From NCBI GenBank assembly GCA_965215515.1, contig OZ244057.1, positions 1 to 64,000 on the forward strand: a stretch of DNA of 64,000 nt. Reading direction: 5' to 3'. This document shows, in pieces, positions 9,121 to 19,111 of this stretch (position 1 is the first letter of the stretch; the number at the start of each line of letters is the position of its first letter). Made by a program: the position numbers and the translations under genes. Below the pieces are notes generated by a model. That model saw only the letters and a program-made list of their open reading frames with translations, was not told the DNA's origin and searched no databases. The stretch is from Oligoflexales bacterium. GTDB lineage: Bacteria > Bdellovibrionota_B > Oligoflexia > Oligoflexales > JAPPIL01.

Positions 9121-9999
9121 TCATTTAAATCTCCCTAGACCTTCACGAAACTTGGTTACTCCTCTACCGACATGGTTTAGCACGGGTCGAGCTACAAACT
9201 TACCCGCGCCCCACGTCTTGGCTACACCCTGTTTAGCTGCTTGTTTAGCGTAAAGCTTGGTTGCACCCACCGCCGCCGTTGCAGGAGCAAGAGCTAATCC
9301 CGATGCTGCTGTTTCAAGTCCATCGTTGATCAGCGAGCGAGTAGCGAGAGGAATAAACAGCATACTCAGACCTATGCACAGGTTAAGGATGATTGCCGCT
9401 AAGTAGTCTTCCATGTTGCTTGTCTGATGCTCCATTGCTAGCTTTAGTAACAGCACGCTAAGCACTGTCCACATGATCTTCCAAACGACAACCTTCACCA
9501 ATCCCTTGTAGAGATTGACGGTAACGTTGGCAGTTGCCTTTGCTACGTAGGCCAAGATCATCAGTGGCGATAAGGTATAGAGCACCACCCAGACAAAATG
9601 CACCAGTGATTCAGTGACAAAAAAGCCTAGATAAGCGACGAGATAAGCAAGCAAAGCAAGTGTGTAGAGAATATGTCCTCTTAAATCAAACAGCCCGCTC
9701 GATGCGTCTTTGTAATTCGGCCCCATATTTTTCAGCACCTCCCAAACATCAACGCTTTTGTCGATCTTGCCGACAATGCCATTGCCAATTGTGCCAATCG
9801 CGTCGATGGTGTATTCAAAAGACAGTAGCAAAAGTATTGAGATCACCACTCGTCGAAAAATATCTCCGACATCTATGTTCTGCGTTTTGAGAAACTCAAA
9901 GATAACCAGCAGTAGCACAACAGGGGCTAACAGCAGCCAATAGAGATCGAGCATCTCACCGCGAATATCTTTGGCAACACCGACTAACTGTTCAAACAT
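9121..9999 (-). CDS. VirB6/TrbL-like polytopic T4SS membrane protein
   Basis: Five to six TM helices with LSPLMIL; operon position. Confidence 0.7.
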   Translation of the reverse strand: MFEQLVGVAKDIRGEMLDLYWLLLAPVVLLLVIFEFLKTQNIDVGDIFRRVVISILLLLSFEYTIDAIGTIGNGIVGKIDKSVDVWEVLKNMGPNYKDASSGLFDLRGHILYTLALLAYLVAYLGFFVTESLVHFVWVVLYTLSPLMILAYVAKATANVTVNLYKGLVKVVVWKIMWTVLSVLLLKLAMEHQTSNMEDYLAAIILNLCIGLSMLFIPLATRSLINDGLETAASGLALAPATAAVGATKLYAKQAAKQGVAKTWGAGKFVARPVLNHVGRGVTKFREGLGRFK

Positions 10000-10686
10000 C
10001 TAAAACTTCACCAAGTTTTCTTGTCGTTTGAAGTTCTTGAAAGCATCGCCTATCCCTCTATCAACCTCTTGGTAGGCAGCAATCTTGCGCTTATCTTGCT
10101 TGTTGAGCATAGCTAGCTGTTCGCTTTGCATCTTGAGGCTTTGACTTTGCAAGCGAATCAGTTGATTGACACTTTCCAAAATCATCGCATTCGATACCGC
10201 GGTTGCTCGTGCTGCTCCTTTGGGAGAAGCTGATTGGCTCTGAATCTTAAGCGATTGCGAATTGCTTTCCTGTGCTCGTGAGTAGTCCTTGAACGAGTTC
10301 ACCATCTGCAACGATTCGGCGGCAGTTTGATCGTGTAACCTGTGCAGTGCAGCTTCTGGTGAGCGGGGCACGCTGCCGTAGATTTTAGCGATCTTGTTCA
10401 ATGACCCGTTGAAGGTGCGCAGATCCTTGAGTACGCCTTGATCGCTGATTGGTAGGCTGTTCAGCAGTCCTGTGACATTTTCTAAACCTTGATGGACAGT
10501 TCTAAAGTAGTTGTCTGACTGTTTTGCCTGTTCCAGCATTATCTTGAGCTGCTTATAGCGTTTGTAGTTCTCGGCTAGTACCTTTATTAAATAGGGAATC
10601 TGTGCCCAGCCCGCACCTCCATCACTAAAGCTGAACACTGGAGCTGGCAGAAGAAACAACAGTAAAACAAAAATTTTATTTTTCAT
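10000..10686 (-). CDS. VirB5/TrbJ-like secreted T4SS protein
   Basis: Signal peptide and Gln-rich coiled coil; lies between VirB4 and the VirB6-like gene. Confidence 0.6.
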   Translation of the reverse strand: MKNKIFVLLLFLLPAPVFSFSDGGAGWAQIPYLIKVLAENYKRYKQLKIMLEQAKQSDNYFRTVHQGLENVTGLLNSLPISDQGVLKDLRTFNGSLNKIAKIYGSVPRSPEAALHRLHDQTAAESLQMVNSFKDYSRAQESNSQSLKIQSQSASPKGAARATAVSNAMILESVNQLIRLQSQSLKMQSEQLAMLNKQDKRKIAAYQEVDRGIGDAFKNFKRQENLVKF

Positions 10687-13150
10687 GGTTGCCTCCAATT
10701 AAAAATTTTTGATCCAATTTCTTACTCTCCCCAAAAGCCAACTGTTCAAGCACTTCTAGCTTGCTTATCGTTGGATTTTGCTTTTCTGTGTGAACGATCA
10801 ACGACTTGTCTTTTGCGTCTGATGTGGCAATCCAATGACTGAGCGGTTCAGGTGCGAGCCGCAAGATAGCTTCGCGTTCGTCTTGCAGATAGTAGAACTC
10901 GCTGTATTCCCCTTTCTTGATCGTCAAGCTTTTGATGCGCTCGACTTGTGTAGAGTTGAAATCAAACGTTTTTTGAAAATCACCCCAATCAATCTTGCTT
11001 TGGCGTAAGATAATAACGCTAGTAGTGTTGGTCATCAGCGCATCGCGTAGAGCCTTGTCAGTCATGAAGTCTTTGTAGTTCTGACTCAGACACCAGATAC
11101 CGCTGCGAAACTTGCGCCACGTGCGATAACAGGTGATCACTACTTGTCGTGCTAACTCTGATTGAAACAGGCGTTCGGCTTCGTCGATGATCAGCAGATA
11201 CTCACGTTCAATGTCGGAAGAGGCAACATCTTGAATGTGTGAGGTTAGCAGCAATAATAGCACGTCTTTTAAATCTGAATAGTTGCTTAACTGCTGCACC
11301 TCGATTGACACCAAATCTTTCGACAACTCAACGTTAGTCTGGCCATCAAGCATCTGCCCATAGGCTGATTGCCCTGTCCAGCTGTAAAGCACATCGCCAA
11401 ACTTACGCATCTGCTTATCTGTGTGCCTGTCGAGCAACGCCTTCAAGTCGGATAGCGTTGGTGTCTTGCCTTTTTCCTCAGCATAGACTTGATGAAGCTG
11501 TTCTTCGAGCAATGCCTTAGATCGCTTGTCAAGTGCCTGCTTGTCCTCGTCTTTCAAAATCATTTCGAGCACGGCTAGCAATGTGCGAATGCGATCAGGA
11601 CTTGGCGTTGTCTCACCTTCTTTTAAGTCGAACATGTTAAGGCAGATGTTTGAATTCAAATTTAAATCTAAAAACTCACCGTCGAGTATTTCAATCAAAC
11701 GTTTAGATGATGCGCCGTTGTCGATCCATACGATACGCGGACGGCTTGCTTTGCCAGTACCGTTGACAGTAACTTTGCCGTAAAACATCGCCATCAATTG
11801 AACGACGGTATAACTCTTGCCACTGCCTGAACTGCCGAAGACTATGCCGTTCCACGCGGGTAAGTGTTCTGCATAAGGATCGAGAGAAAACAGTTGCCCG
11901 TCTCTCGTCGGCAGCAGACACACAGGCATAGGGTTACCTGTCCAGTTGGCAAAGACAGGCATCAGGTGTGCGGCGTTGCTAGATTTCATCTTCTTGTGCC
12001 GCATGCCCTGACAGGTGCTTGGCATAGCTTTCAAGAACGCTTCTTTGCCTGCCAGTGTTTCTTGCAGTCCTTCAGCTTGGTTGAGCGAGCGAAACGTTTT
12101 CAATATCTCATCGGTCTTGTCGTCTAGTTCGCTACTGGTTTTGCCCCAGATGATGATATTGAAATCGGCCGACACGAGTTTTTCTGAACCTTCTAGCAAG
12201 CTCCCCAATAAACCTTCAATCTGGCCAAGTTTGTTTTCTGAATCCAAATCGCTAATGTTCTTGCTGCCAGAAGCCATCGAGTGGGCAATGCGCCTTTTCA
12301 TTTCCAGTGATGACCTTGCCTTTGCTTGATCGAGCAGATGAATTGACTGACTCAACCAAAAGTGAAACGGCACGGCGGCGAACATGTTAGCCATACCCGC
12401 GAATGTCTGTCCTTCGGGCAACGTGGCAAGGCTTAACGTGTGAAACTTGTAGTTGCCAAGTGTGATCGCGTTCTTGTCCCAAATGAAATCGGTCAATGTG
12501 AGTTGCTCGCTAACCGCAGCATCAAGGCAGCTGTGCGGCTCACGATAACTAGCTGTGCCTATTCGTTCAACACGATCGAAATTCAAGTATTCAAACAGTA
12601 GTCCAAACCATTCTTCCTGCCCTAACACTTGTGGCGCAAGCCCCGTCGCGGCAAGAGCTGAAGCAATGCCTTTCACTGATCGCAGGAATTTTGCTTTGCG
12701 GCTATCGAACTCTTCTTTACTAATTTTCTGGAATTGCTTATCTGCGGCAAACAAACTTTGTCGTTGCATGGTATATGGCTTGCTGCGGACGAAAAAGAAA
12801 ATGTTCGGCACAAAGTAATTCCCTACGCGTTGGTTGCGTCGATAAAATTTGATACGAGCATCAGCTAGCCTTCGATAATTGCCACCCATGCTACCAGGGA
12901 GCTGTTGATGCTGTTCTATCAGCTGACTAACATCTGGGGTCAGCTGGTAGAACAATTGTAAACGCGTTCCTTCATCAGCAGAGATGAGCAGGTTTTCTAA
13001 ACCCCTGCTCATCTGATTGATTGCCTGCTCTGTGGCACAAGTCATGTCAAACCCCGCTAGCTTGAAACCTGCGCCAAGCGAGCCATCCTTAAAAACCATC
13101 AAATCGCCGTCGAAGTGCCAGAAGTCCAATTCCGCCGCCAAGCTACGCAT
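10676..13150 (-). CDS. VirB4/TraC-family conjugative ATPase
   Basis: GSSGSGKS Walker A, LLIIDEAERL Walker B and RTWRKFRSGIWCLSQ. Start taken at MRSLAAEL (13150). Confidence 0.92.
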   Translation of the reverse strand: MRSLAAELDFWHFDGDLMVFKDGSLGAGFKLAGFDMTCATEQAINQMSRGLENLLISADEGTRLQLFYQLTPDVSQLIEQHQQLPGSMGGNYRRLADARIKFYRRNQRVGNYFVPNIFFFVRSKPYTMQRQSLFAADKQFQKISKEEFDSRKAKFLRSVKGIASALAATGLAPQVLGQEEWFGLLFEYLNFDRVERIGTASYREPHSCLDAAVSEQLTLTDFIWDKNAITLGNYKFHTLSLATLPEGQTFAGMANMFAAVPFHFWLSQSIHLLDQAKARSSLEMKRRIAHSMASGSKNISDLDSENKLGQIEGLLGSLLEGSEKLVSADFNIIIWGKTSSELDDKTDEILKTFRSLNQAEGLQETLAGKEAFLKAMPSTCQGMRHKKMKSSNAAHLMPVFANWTGNPMPVCLLPTRDGQLFSLDPYAEHLPAWNGIVFGSSGSGKSYTVVQLMAMFYGKVTVNGTGKASRPRIVWIDNGASSKRLIEILDGEFLDLNLNSNICLNMFDLKEGETTPSPDRIRTLLAVLEMILKDEDKQALDKRSKALLEEQLHQVYAEEKGKTPTLSDLKALLDRHTDKQMRKFGDVLYSWTGQSAYGQMLDGQTNVELSKDLVSIEVQQLSNYSDLKDVLLLLLTSHIQDVASSDIEREYLLIIDEAERLFQSELARQVVITCYRTWRKFRSGIWCLSQNYKDFMTDKALRDALMTNTTSVIILRQSKIDWGDFQKTFDFNSTQVERIKSLTIKKGEYSEFYYLQDEREAILRLAPEPLSHWIATSDAKDKSLIVHTEKQNPTISKLEVLEQLAFGESKKLDQKFLIGGNHEK

Positions 13151-13457
13151 ATATCTTCCTCCGCATTTCCATAGCTTTCGCTGACTCTTCCCCCGCCGCA
13201 AAGAAGCCTGGCGATACATAGAAGCGCAAGAGATGTGGCAAAAACCTTTCTGGCTTGCCTCGTTTACCGAAGTAGAAGATGGTGATAACGGTTGTCGGCA
13301 CACCCACAACCAGTGGAATTTCTAGCGCGGTGCCGCTGAAGAACAGGTTCATTATTGCACCGCAGATAAGGGCAATGAGCAGGTCGAGGGCTTCAATGTT
13401 GCCGATCTTAAGCTTCGCGTCCAAGTTGCGTTGCACTGTTGAAGTGTGAACTTGCAT
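13143..13457 (-). CDS. VirB3-like small membrane protein
   Basis: Two TM helices; directly upstream of and overlapping VirB4. Confidence 0.6.
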   Translation of the reverse strand: MQVHTSTVQRNLDAKLKIGNIEALDLLIALICGAIMNLFFSGTALEIPLVVGVPTTVITIFYFGKRGKPERFLPHLLRFYVSPGFFAAGEESAKAMEMRRKIYA

Positions 13458-13461
13458 CGCT

Positions 13462-13770
13462 TCACCCCACCGCTGCCGATTGAAACCAACGAATGATCGG
13501 CGGGGCAAGAAAACCCACCACGCTAGCGATTACCACCAACACCATGCGCCGTTTCGCTCCTTCGTCGCCGCTCATGGCAAGCATAGCGGCATAGAGCAGG
13601 CCGAGGATGGCCACAGCGGGTAAGACTACCGACATCAGGTTGTCGGTGAACGAGCGAATTCTGCTTTCAAAACTGCTGCCACCCCATGCCAGTGCATGGT
13701 AGGGGAAAACAAGTATTGTGCTGATACATACCCAAGAACAAACTTTCCAAAATTTTCTTGTCATGATCAC
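13462..13770 (-). CDS. VirB2/TrbC-like pilin
   Basis: Signal peptide ending PYHALA, followed by two hydrophobic helices. Confidence 0.7.
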   Translation of the reverse strand: MIMTRKFWKVCSWVCISTILVFPYHALAWGGSSFESRIRSFTDNLMSVVLPAVAILGLLYAAMLAMSGDEGAKRRMVLVVIASVVGFLAPPIIRWFQSAAVG

Positions 13771-14204
13771 GCTCCTTTAGCTTCGCAGAGCCAGACACTT
13801 CGCTCGCACCCCTGCAAGCTCTGCTTGAGCGGTGTCTCGCTCCGTTCTGGTTTCAGATAGAGGACTAGGGTTTTAAATTTCGAGCCATAGTTGATGAACA
13901 CACAGCCGTCTGTCTCTGTATTGCTATAGCCCGTGCCAACTAGCTGACGTTTAAGAAAACTGCCGTCTTTGCGTTTGATAACCAGTTCCATGCGATAGCT
14001 GGTGCATTCGCCTTCACTGGTATAGGGTTTAAGAAAATACTGCTTTTCGCTTGGCTCTTCGTCGATCTTCAGTAGATACTCGCCATAGGTAGGGTTGTAG
14101 AAGCTAACTCCTGCGTGATTAACGCGGTTGTCTCTCGGATCAAGCCAACCGAGAGTTAGCGTTTCGTGCTTGGCTACATCTTTGCTTTGCATTTGATACC
14201 TCAC
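13767..14204 (-). CDS. Hypothetical protein at the head of the tra operon
   Basis: Co-oriented 145-aa beta-rich ORF; no family recognised. Confidence 0.55.
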   Translation of the reverse strand: MRYQMQSKDVAKHETLTLGWLDPRDNRVNHAGVSFYNPTYGEYLLKIDEEPSEKQYFLKPYTSEGECTSYRMELVIKRKDGSFLKRQLVGTGYSNTETDGCVFINYGSKFKTLVLYLKPERSETPLKQSLQGCERSVWLCEAKGA

Positions 14205-14257
14205 TGTTAAGATTAAAGTTGAACTTCCCCTTACAATCTTCCCAGTGTAGATTTAGA

Positions 14258-14617
14258 CTAGGCCGCCCTCCTTTCTGCTGCTAGCCTCGACAGATCGAGA
14301 TAGATGTTTGCATTGCCGTAAATGTCCCACTCCAGTTGAATCAGCCCTGCATTGCTCCCACTCAACAAGTAACCGACCCCCACCTGACCTAAGCCTCTGA
14401 CACGTGAGCTACGATGATAGATCGCGTAGTCGTTATCTGCCTTCACATCCGCTTCGGGTAGGAGAACATGGCTGTCAGGAGCGAAGCCATTGATCAATAG
14501 CTTGTAAGCGATGAGGATTGGATGACCATAGCCAACACTACGCACCTTCACGACTTGCCCTTTTTTGCCTCTCCTTCCCTTGAAAACATCAAACACGGCT
14601 GTTGCCTCTCTCAACAT
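14258..14617 (-). CDS. Hypothetical protein
   Basis: 119-aa ORF translationally coupled to the upstream sigma-like gene. Confidence 0.55.
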   Translation of the reverse strand: MLREATAVFDVFKGRRGKKGQVVKVRSVGYGHPILIAYKLLINGFAPDSHVLLPEADVKADNDYAIYHRSSRVRGLGQVGVGYLLSGSNAGLIQLEWDIYGNANIYLDLSRLAAERRAA

Positions 14618-14856
14618 CAGGCCGCTACCGCTATAGAGAAATGCGGCTGCTCCCTACACTCCTGCTTTAACTTGGCCAGAGCATCCTTGATGGTTCTATC
14701 CGCCTGTTCCCAAGTCATGCCGAGTGTCTTAGCTACCTCGAAAATCGTGTAGTCGTGCCAAAACCGCAGCACAATCGCCTTCCGCTGTCTGGAACGCAGC
14801 TTTCTCGACAATGACCTAGCGATAATCTGATCCTCAACTGAAAACTTTGCTACCAT
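14617..14856 (-). CDS. Small sigma70 region-4-like HTH protein
   Basis: RQRKAIVLRFWHDYTIFEVAKTLGMT...IKDALAKLK; GGAGG RBS before the ATG at 14856. Confidence 0.8.
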   Translation of the reverse strand: MVAKFSVEDQIIARSLSRKLRSRQRKAIVLRFWHDYTIFEVAKTLGMTWEQADRTIKDALAKLKQECREQPHFSIAVAA

Positions 14857-15271
14857 GTAGCACCTCCAAAGTTGGTGATTAATAACTTTCCCTCCCATAA
14901 CATATAATATATTCCTAATATTGTTCATAAAGTATCCAAAATAGCCCGACATAATCCTACGCCTGATCAGTCTATTCTCTTGATGCCAACTGATCACAAC
15001 TCCACAAAGCTTGTTGCAGAATGCTAGCCATGCAATGGAGCAAAAACAGCAAATAATCCTTATTATCTGCCTAGTTATCAAAAAAGAGGTGTTAATTATT
15101 ACAGACATCAGCTATACTCCATACGTAGTGGTTGCTCTTGCGAGCAGCAATTTCTTGGTAACAAATAGTATACCTTTTCTTAATCCATAGGTAACTATAT
15201 GTTGACGTAAAAATACCTGTCAAGAGAAATTTCACATTTTTTTCAAAAAAATTTTGAGGTAAATGTAAGTA

Positions 15272-15811
15272 ATGAATATAACAGCTGAATTAATGCTAGG
15301 TTTTGGGCGCACACTCAAAGCAGTTAGGGAGCGAGAAGGGCTTACTCAGAAAAAACTAGCTGCTGCTATGGGTATTAGCGAGGGCTACCTGAAGCGTCTT
15401 GAACGTGGCAAGCTGGAGCTTATCGGCCCCAACGGGGTCTCGATAAGCCTGCTGGCAAAGCTGGCTGAATTCCTCAGCACCCACCCCGCAACACTATTTG
15501 CTGAGGTCATATCTCACACTGAAATTGCACCACGTGATGATCGAGCAAAAGCGTTGGATAAAGCCCTAACCTCTATCTCAAGCCAAGCCCTTGATGCGCT
15601 GCTCGCATCTAAAACCAAGAAAAAAAAGTCGCCGTTTGGCAACAATGTGACTTGGAATTTTGAAATGGCTGCGGCTATGGCTCGCCTGCCAGACAAGGAG
15701 AGGGCTAGGATCGGACTAGAAATTCTGCGAGGGATGGTAAACAACGGTCTCGTAAAGCAGAAGGATGTTGATTCACAGATGAAGAAGTTATTTAGCTTCT
15801 CTTCGTTGTAG
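15272..15811 (+). CDS. XRE-family HTH regulator with a C-terminal extension
   Basis: LKAVREREGLTQKKLAAAMGISEGYLKRLERG; transcribed divergently from the tra operon. Confidence 0.88.
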   Translation: MNITAELMLGFGRTLKAVREREGLTQKKLAAAMGISEGYLKRLERGKLELIGPNGVSISLLAKLAEFLSTHPATLFAEVISHTEIAPRDDRAKALDKALTSISSQALDALLASKTKKKKSPFGNNVTWNFEMAAAMARLPDKERARIGLEILRGMVNNGLVKQKDVDSQMKKLFSFSSL

Positions 15812-15933
15812 TGTCTTACCCCAGAAGGCAATAAGCATCGTAGAATGGCTTCAGGAGGGAGCGCAAATGCGCCGAAGCGAGATGCGGACGGAGAAGCTGT
15901 TTCCCCGTCGCAACATCTGATAGTTATGTGTTT

Positions 15934-16239
15934 CTAGTTAGCTACTGGAGTGAATACATCGCCATGTCCACCAGCTGTGGAGATAACCCCACGTGGTTTA
16001 GAGAACACGCCACCATGTCCTTTGGGAGATGGAGCAGTAATCTCACGCGATTTGGAGAACACGCCACCATGCCCTTTAGGAGATGGAGCAGTAACCTCTC
16101 GTGGTTTAGAAAACACGCCGCCATGCCCTTTGGGGGACGGTGCAGCAATCTCAACTGATTTAGAGAACACGCCACCATGCCCACCAGCCAAAGCTGCTGA
16201 GCCCAAAGCCAAACAACTCACTACTACCAAGACTTTCAC
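15934..16239 (-). CDS. Small secreted protein made of GHGGVFSK-containing 18-aa repeats
   Basis: GTG start with a GGGGAG RBS, Sec signal ending ALA, four GHGGVFSK copies plus one GHGDVFT. Confidence 0.8.
   Translation of the reverse strand: MKVLVVVSCLALGSAALAGGHGGVFSKSVEIAAPSPKGHGGVFSKPREVTAPSPKGHGGVFSKSREITAPSPKGHGGVFSKPRGVISTAGGHGDVFTPVAN
15950..16185 (-). repeat. 54-bp coding tandem repeat
   Basis: aacacgcc(a/g)ccatg recurs at 54-bp intervals. Confidence 0.9.
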
Positions 16240-16241
16240 AA

Positions 16242-16802
16242 CTAACTCCCCTTCTCAACAGGATCAATCTGTAACAACGTACACATTCTAACATGGCATA
16301 CGTCACCTTGGCCAATGAGTTTTCCTGATGATAACATCATTTCGGTGGCCTTGATGAGCATCTCCTTAGCTTTCAGAGCAATGCTAATGGGTATGATTCC
16401 AGACGTTGCGTATCCACCTGAGATATTGTCTGCGCCCTGCTCTTCTGCAAGGTGGGCGATGTATCTGGCTTTCAATGCCGCTACTTCTATCTGCTCCAGT
16501 TTTGAAAGATTATCAGAACGTAGGTCACCCCGAATTGGCCTCAAGCCAGATGGTAAGCTCGCATCTTCTATCGCTGCCCCGTCTGCCAGAAACGCATCGC
16601 CGATGATCTCAAAGAGCGTCTCCTCAAGAATTTCACCGACGCTGGTTTTGACCCCCGCATCAATTTTTCTTCCCTCTGAAATGTTTGCCCAGCATTCGGT
16701 GACCTCCACGGGATACTGCATGAAGATGCGGTAGGTTTTCGGCGTGCCTTCTGCTGTGATGCGGAACTGTTCAGCACCCAAGTTCTTCGCTGCTTTTGCC
16801 AT
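16242..16802 (-). CDS. Hypothetical protein co-transcribed with the repeat peptide
   Basis: 186-aa ORF with an AGGGG RBS; its stop lies 2 bp before the peptide gene start. Confidence 0.65.
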   Translation of the reverse strand: MAKAAKNLGAEQFRITAEGTPKTYRIFMQYPVEVTECWANISEGRKIDAGVKTSVGEILEETLFEIIGDAFLADGAAIEDASLPSGLRPIRGDLRSDNLSKLEQIEVAALKARYIAHLAEEQGADNISGGYATSGIIPISIALKAKEMLIKATEMMLSSGKLIGQGDVCHVRMCTLLQIDPVEKGS

Positions 16803-17309
16803 AGTAGCCCCCTATGTTGCGTTGCCTACAAACCCGACCCTATGTCTTCCCAATCAGCTTAAGTGCACGATATTAACTACAAATCCACACGTCAAGCATT
16901 AAGTTCGAGATAATTAGAAATATTTGTGGAGAGGACTTTGTTGTATAACTACGTCATTAAATTTTATTAAAAGTGGATTTTAATAGGACATAGTTATCTT
17001 AATTTTTAAAAGAGTTTTAGTTGGGTTTTAACAAAAAGATCGCTGGGGGGTTCGCAGGTAGAACACCAGATGCCTATGGCACAAGGGTTACGATGCTGTC
17101 AGGGTTATGCAACAAAGCTGGGCTTTGGTGTTAGAGGTTGATACAGCGACTGTGTTCTCCGCTTTTGACATGATCAACCCGTGACAGACATTGTGAGCTG
17201 GAACAAGTAGCTTTCTCACTATTGATAAGGGTAATGCGACTAGGTAGATTGCTTTGTCGGTGAGTAAAGCACGCTCGCCGCAATTTTTATCAGTGCAAGG
17301 AATTTGTGA

Positions 17310-18995
17310 ATGAAAAACGTGCTGGAAAAGCTACGGAAGTTGTCGAATGTCCCTGAAGTCGGAACGGACGAATTCAAAGATTGGCGAGAACAAAACAACA
17401 ATGCCATGAAGTTCTTACACCAGAACGCAGAAGATGACTGGTGTGTGGTCTATTCAGGATCATTTAAACTATTTATCCACGGCGTGCTCGTCCCTGAACA
17501 GACACTTAAGCCACTAGACATTGATGACCTTTTGGGGTGGAATCTGTGTAACCCCTATAACAGCTGGTCTATAGCTTCATCTGATTCAAAAACATGGATT
17601 GAACCACCACTGTCTAACTCTTGTAGTAAAGCGATAGCAAAAGGAGAACAACTTGTATTTGCACGAGACCATGAAGGTTCTTTAGATAACAGTAATCACT
17701 ATATAGAAATTTCACAAAAATTCACTCACGCATTAGGTCTTCATCACAGACTTGAGCAAAAAGCGTGGTGCAAGTCAGATAAAAATGGTGATGTGAAACC
17801 GTTCATTAAGGTGGAGGAAATACCAGAAGAGAAAAAGAAGGGGAGTATGGTTGTCGTGCTATTCGATCGAGATCTTCTCTCAGCATACGCTGCTCTAACT
17901 AACTCAGTTTTGGTACGAATGTTTGATTTTCCTGCATACTATGAAACAGCGAAGCTTCCTCACATATATTACCGAATTAGCAAGAGGATGGTTGGTAATT
18001 TTTATAGAGGAGTTCAACTTCTAAAATCTAATATGACCAAGAAAAAGGCTGAAGAAATTATAGGAATTAGCTCAGATAGAGAAGAAAAATACGAAACCTT
18101 CACAGCTCTAGATTGGCAAAACAAGAGAGTTGTGAAAATGTCATGTTCCACAGAGGCATACAATCTTTTACCTGCATTCTTCCGCCAAGAAGTGTTGGCA
18201 AAGTATAAGGTTGACCAAAATAAATATAGTTTTAGCGAGTATGATGTCGATAGCACCCCTTACTGTATCAACGATGATGGTCAAGTTTGTGTTTGGTTAG
18301 GTGATTTAGGAAAGATGTCCTACAAAGAACAGCAACACTGGAAATTGTATAACGAAGAACCACTACCTACGATTACAGACTTTGATCAAAAGCCAGAACA
18401 GATTCTTGCCAGTGTGCTAAGCAAGGGATTTTTTGAATCCCAGGTCAAGGGTAGTTGGGATTACCAACGTAGCTTACTTAGTGCTATCAAGGGAACACTA
18501 CGTGAGCTATACAAATCAAAATGCTCGTGGTGGAAAACAGATTCACTAGACCGTATCAATCAAATAAATTATCCCATTGTCAAATCTCCTACAGACTCGG
18601 CAGATTGGGAGCGGGAAATTTTAGCACTGAACCGACTTGTTGTTGAAGGCTTGCAAGATAATTGGCTAAAAAACAAAATCAAGGAACTAGAGCAAAATGT
18701 TAAGGGAGTGAACGGGTCTCTAAACCTTCTTGAAAAATATCTGGAGGCACTAGGCCATAATGATGTTAGTGAAATTTTTGCACCTATGCGAGAGCTTAAA
18801 AAATTACGAAATAGAGCGTCACCTGCGCACGAACAGCTTGAGGAGAAAGACAAACAAGAGGCACAAGAACTTAAGACAAAAATTCTTGAAAAGCATGGTA
18901 GCTACTGGAAGCACTATGACTATTTGGTAGGAGCTTGTAACAAAACATTCCTAAACCTAAAAGAAATTTTTGAACAAGAAGAGCTTAATTTGTAA
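17310..18995 (+). CDS. Hypothetical defence-island protein with a C-terminal HEPN-like RxxxxH motif
   Basis: 561-aa ORF with LRNRASPAH in a helical C-terminal region; upstream of the R-M genes. Confidence 0.6.
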   Translation: MKNVLEKLRKLSNVPEVGTDEFKDWREQNNNAMKFLHQNAEDDWCVVYSGSFKLFIHGVLVPEQTLKPLDIDDLLGWNLCNPYNSWSIASSDSKTWIEPPLSNSCSKAIAKGEQLVFARDHEGSLDNSNHYIEISQKFTHALGLHHRLEQKAWCKSDKNGDVKPFIKVEEIPEEKKKGSMVVVLFDRDLLSAYAALTNSVLVRMFDFPAYYETAKLPHIYYRISKRMVGNFYRGVQLLKSNMTKKKAEEIIGISSDREEKYETFTALDWQNKRVVKMSCSTEAYNLLPAFFRQEVLAKYKVDQNKYSFSEYDVDSTPYCINDDGQVCVWLGDLGKMSYKEQQHWKLYNEEPLPTITDFDQKPEQILASVLSKGFFESQVKGSWDYQRSLLSAIKGTLRELYKSKCSWWKTDSLDRINQINYPIVKSPTDSADWEREILALNRLVVEGLQDNWLKNKIKELEQNVKGVNGSLNLLEKYLEALGHNDVSEIFAPMRELKKLRNRASPAHEQLEEKDKQEAQELKTKILEKHGSYWKHYDYLVGACNKTFLNLKEIFEQEELNL

Positions 18996-19111
18996 TGACT
19001 ATTTAAAATAGAGGATTACCTTGCTTTACCTGCACTGTAAGTAAGTTTTTTCTTAAGAATGTTAATAAGTTACGCCGACAAAGTAGGAAGGAGAGCGTTA
19101 AGGAGCTAGGC

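Noticed and set aside
8924..9124. 66-aa ORF as a T4SS gene
   Set aside because: It is composed of palindromic DNA and has no signal peptide or lipobox; treated as non-coding, though not fully excluded.
14857..15108. Longer 163-aa version of the sigma-like ORF
   Set aside because: The extension is AT-rich divergent promoter DNA; a good RBS precedes the ATG at 14856.
15950..16185. Regularly spaced repeats resembling a CRISPR array
   Set aside because: The period is 54 bp (18 codons), the intervening sequences are similar to each other, the repeat is in frame in a signal-peptide ORF, and no cas genes are present.
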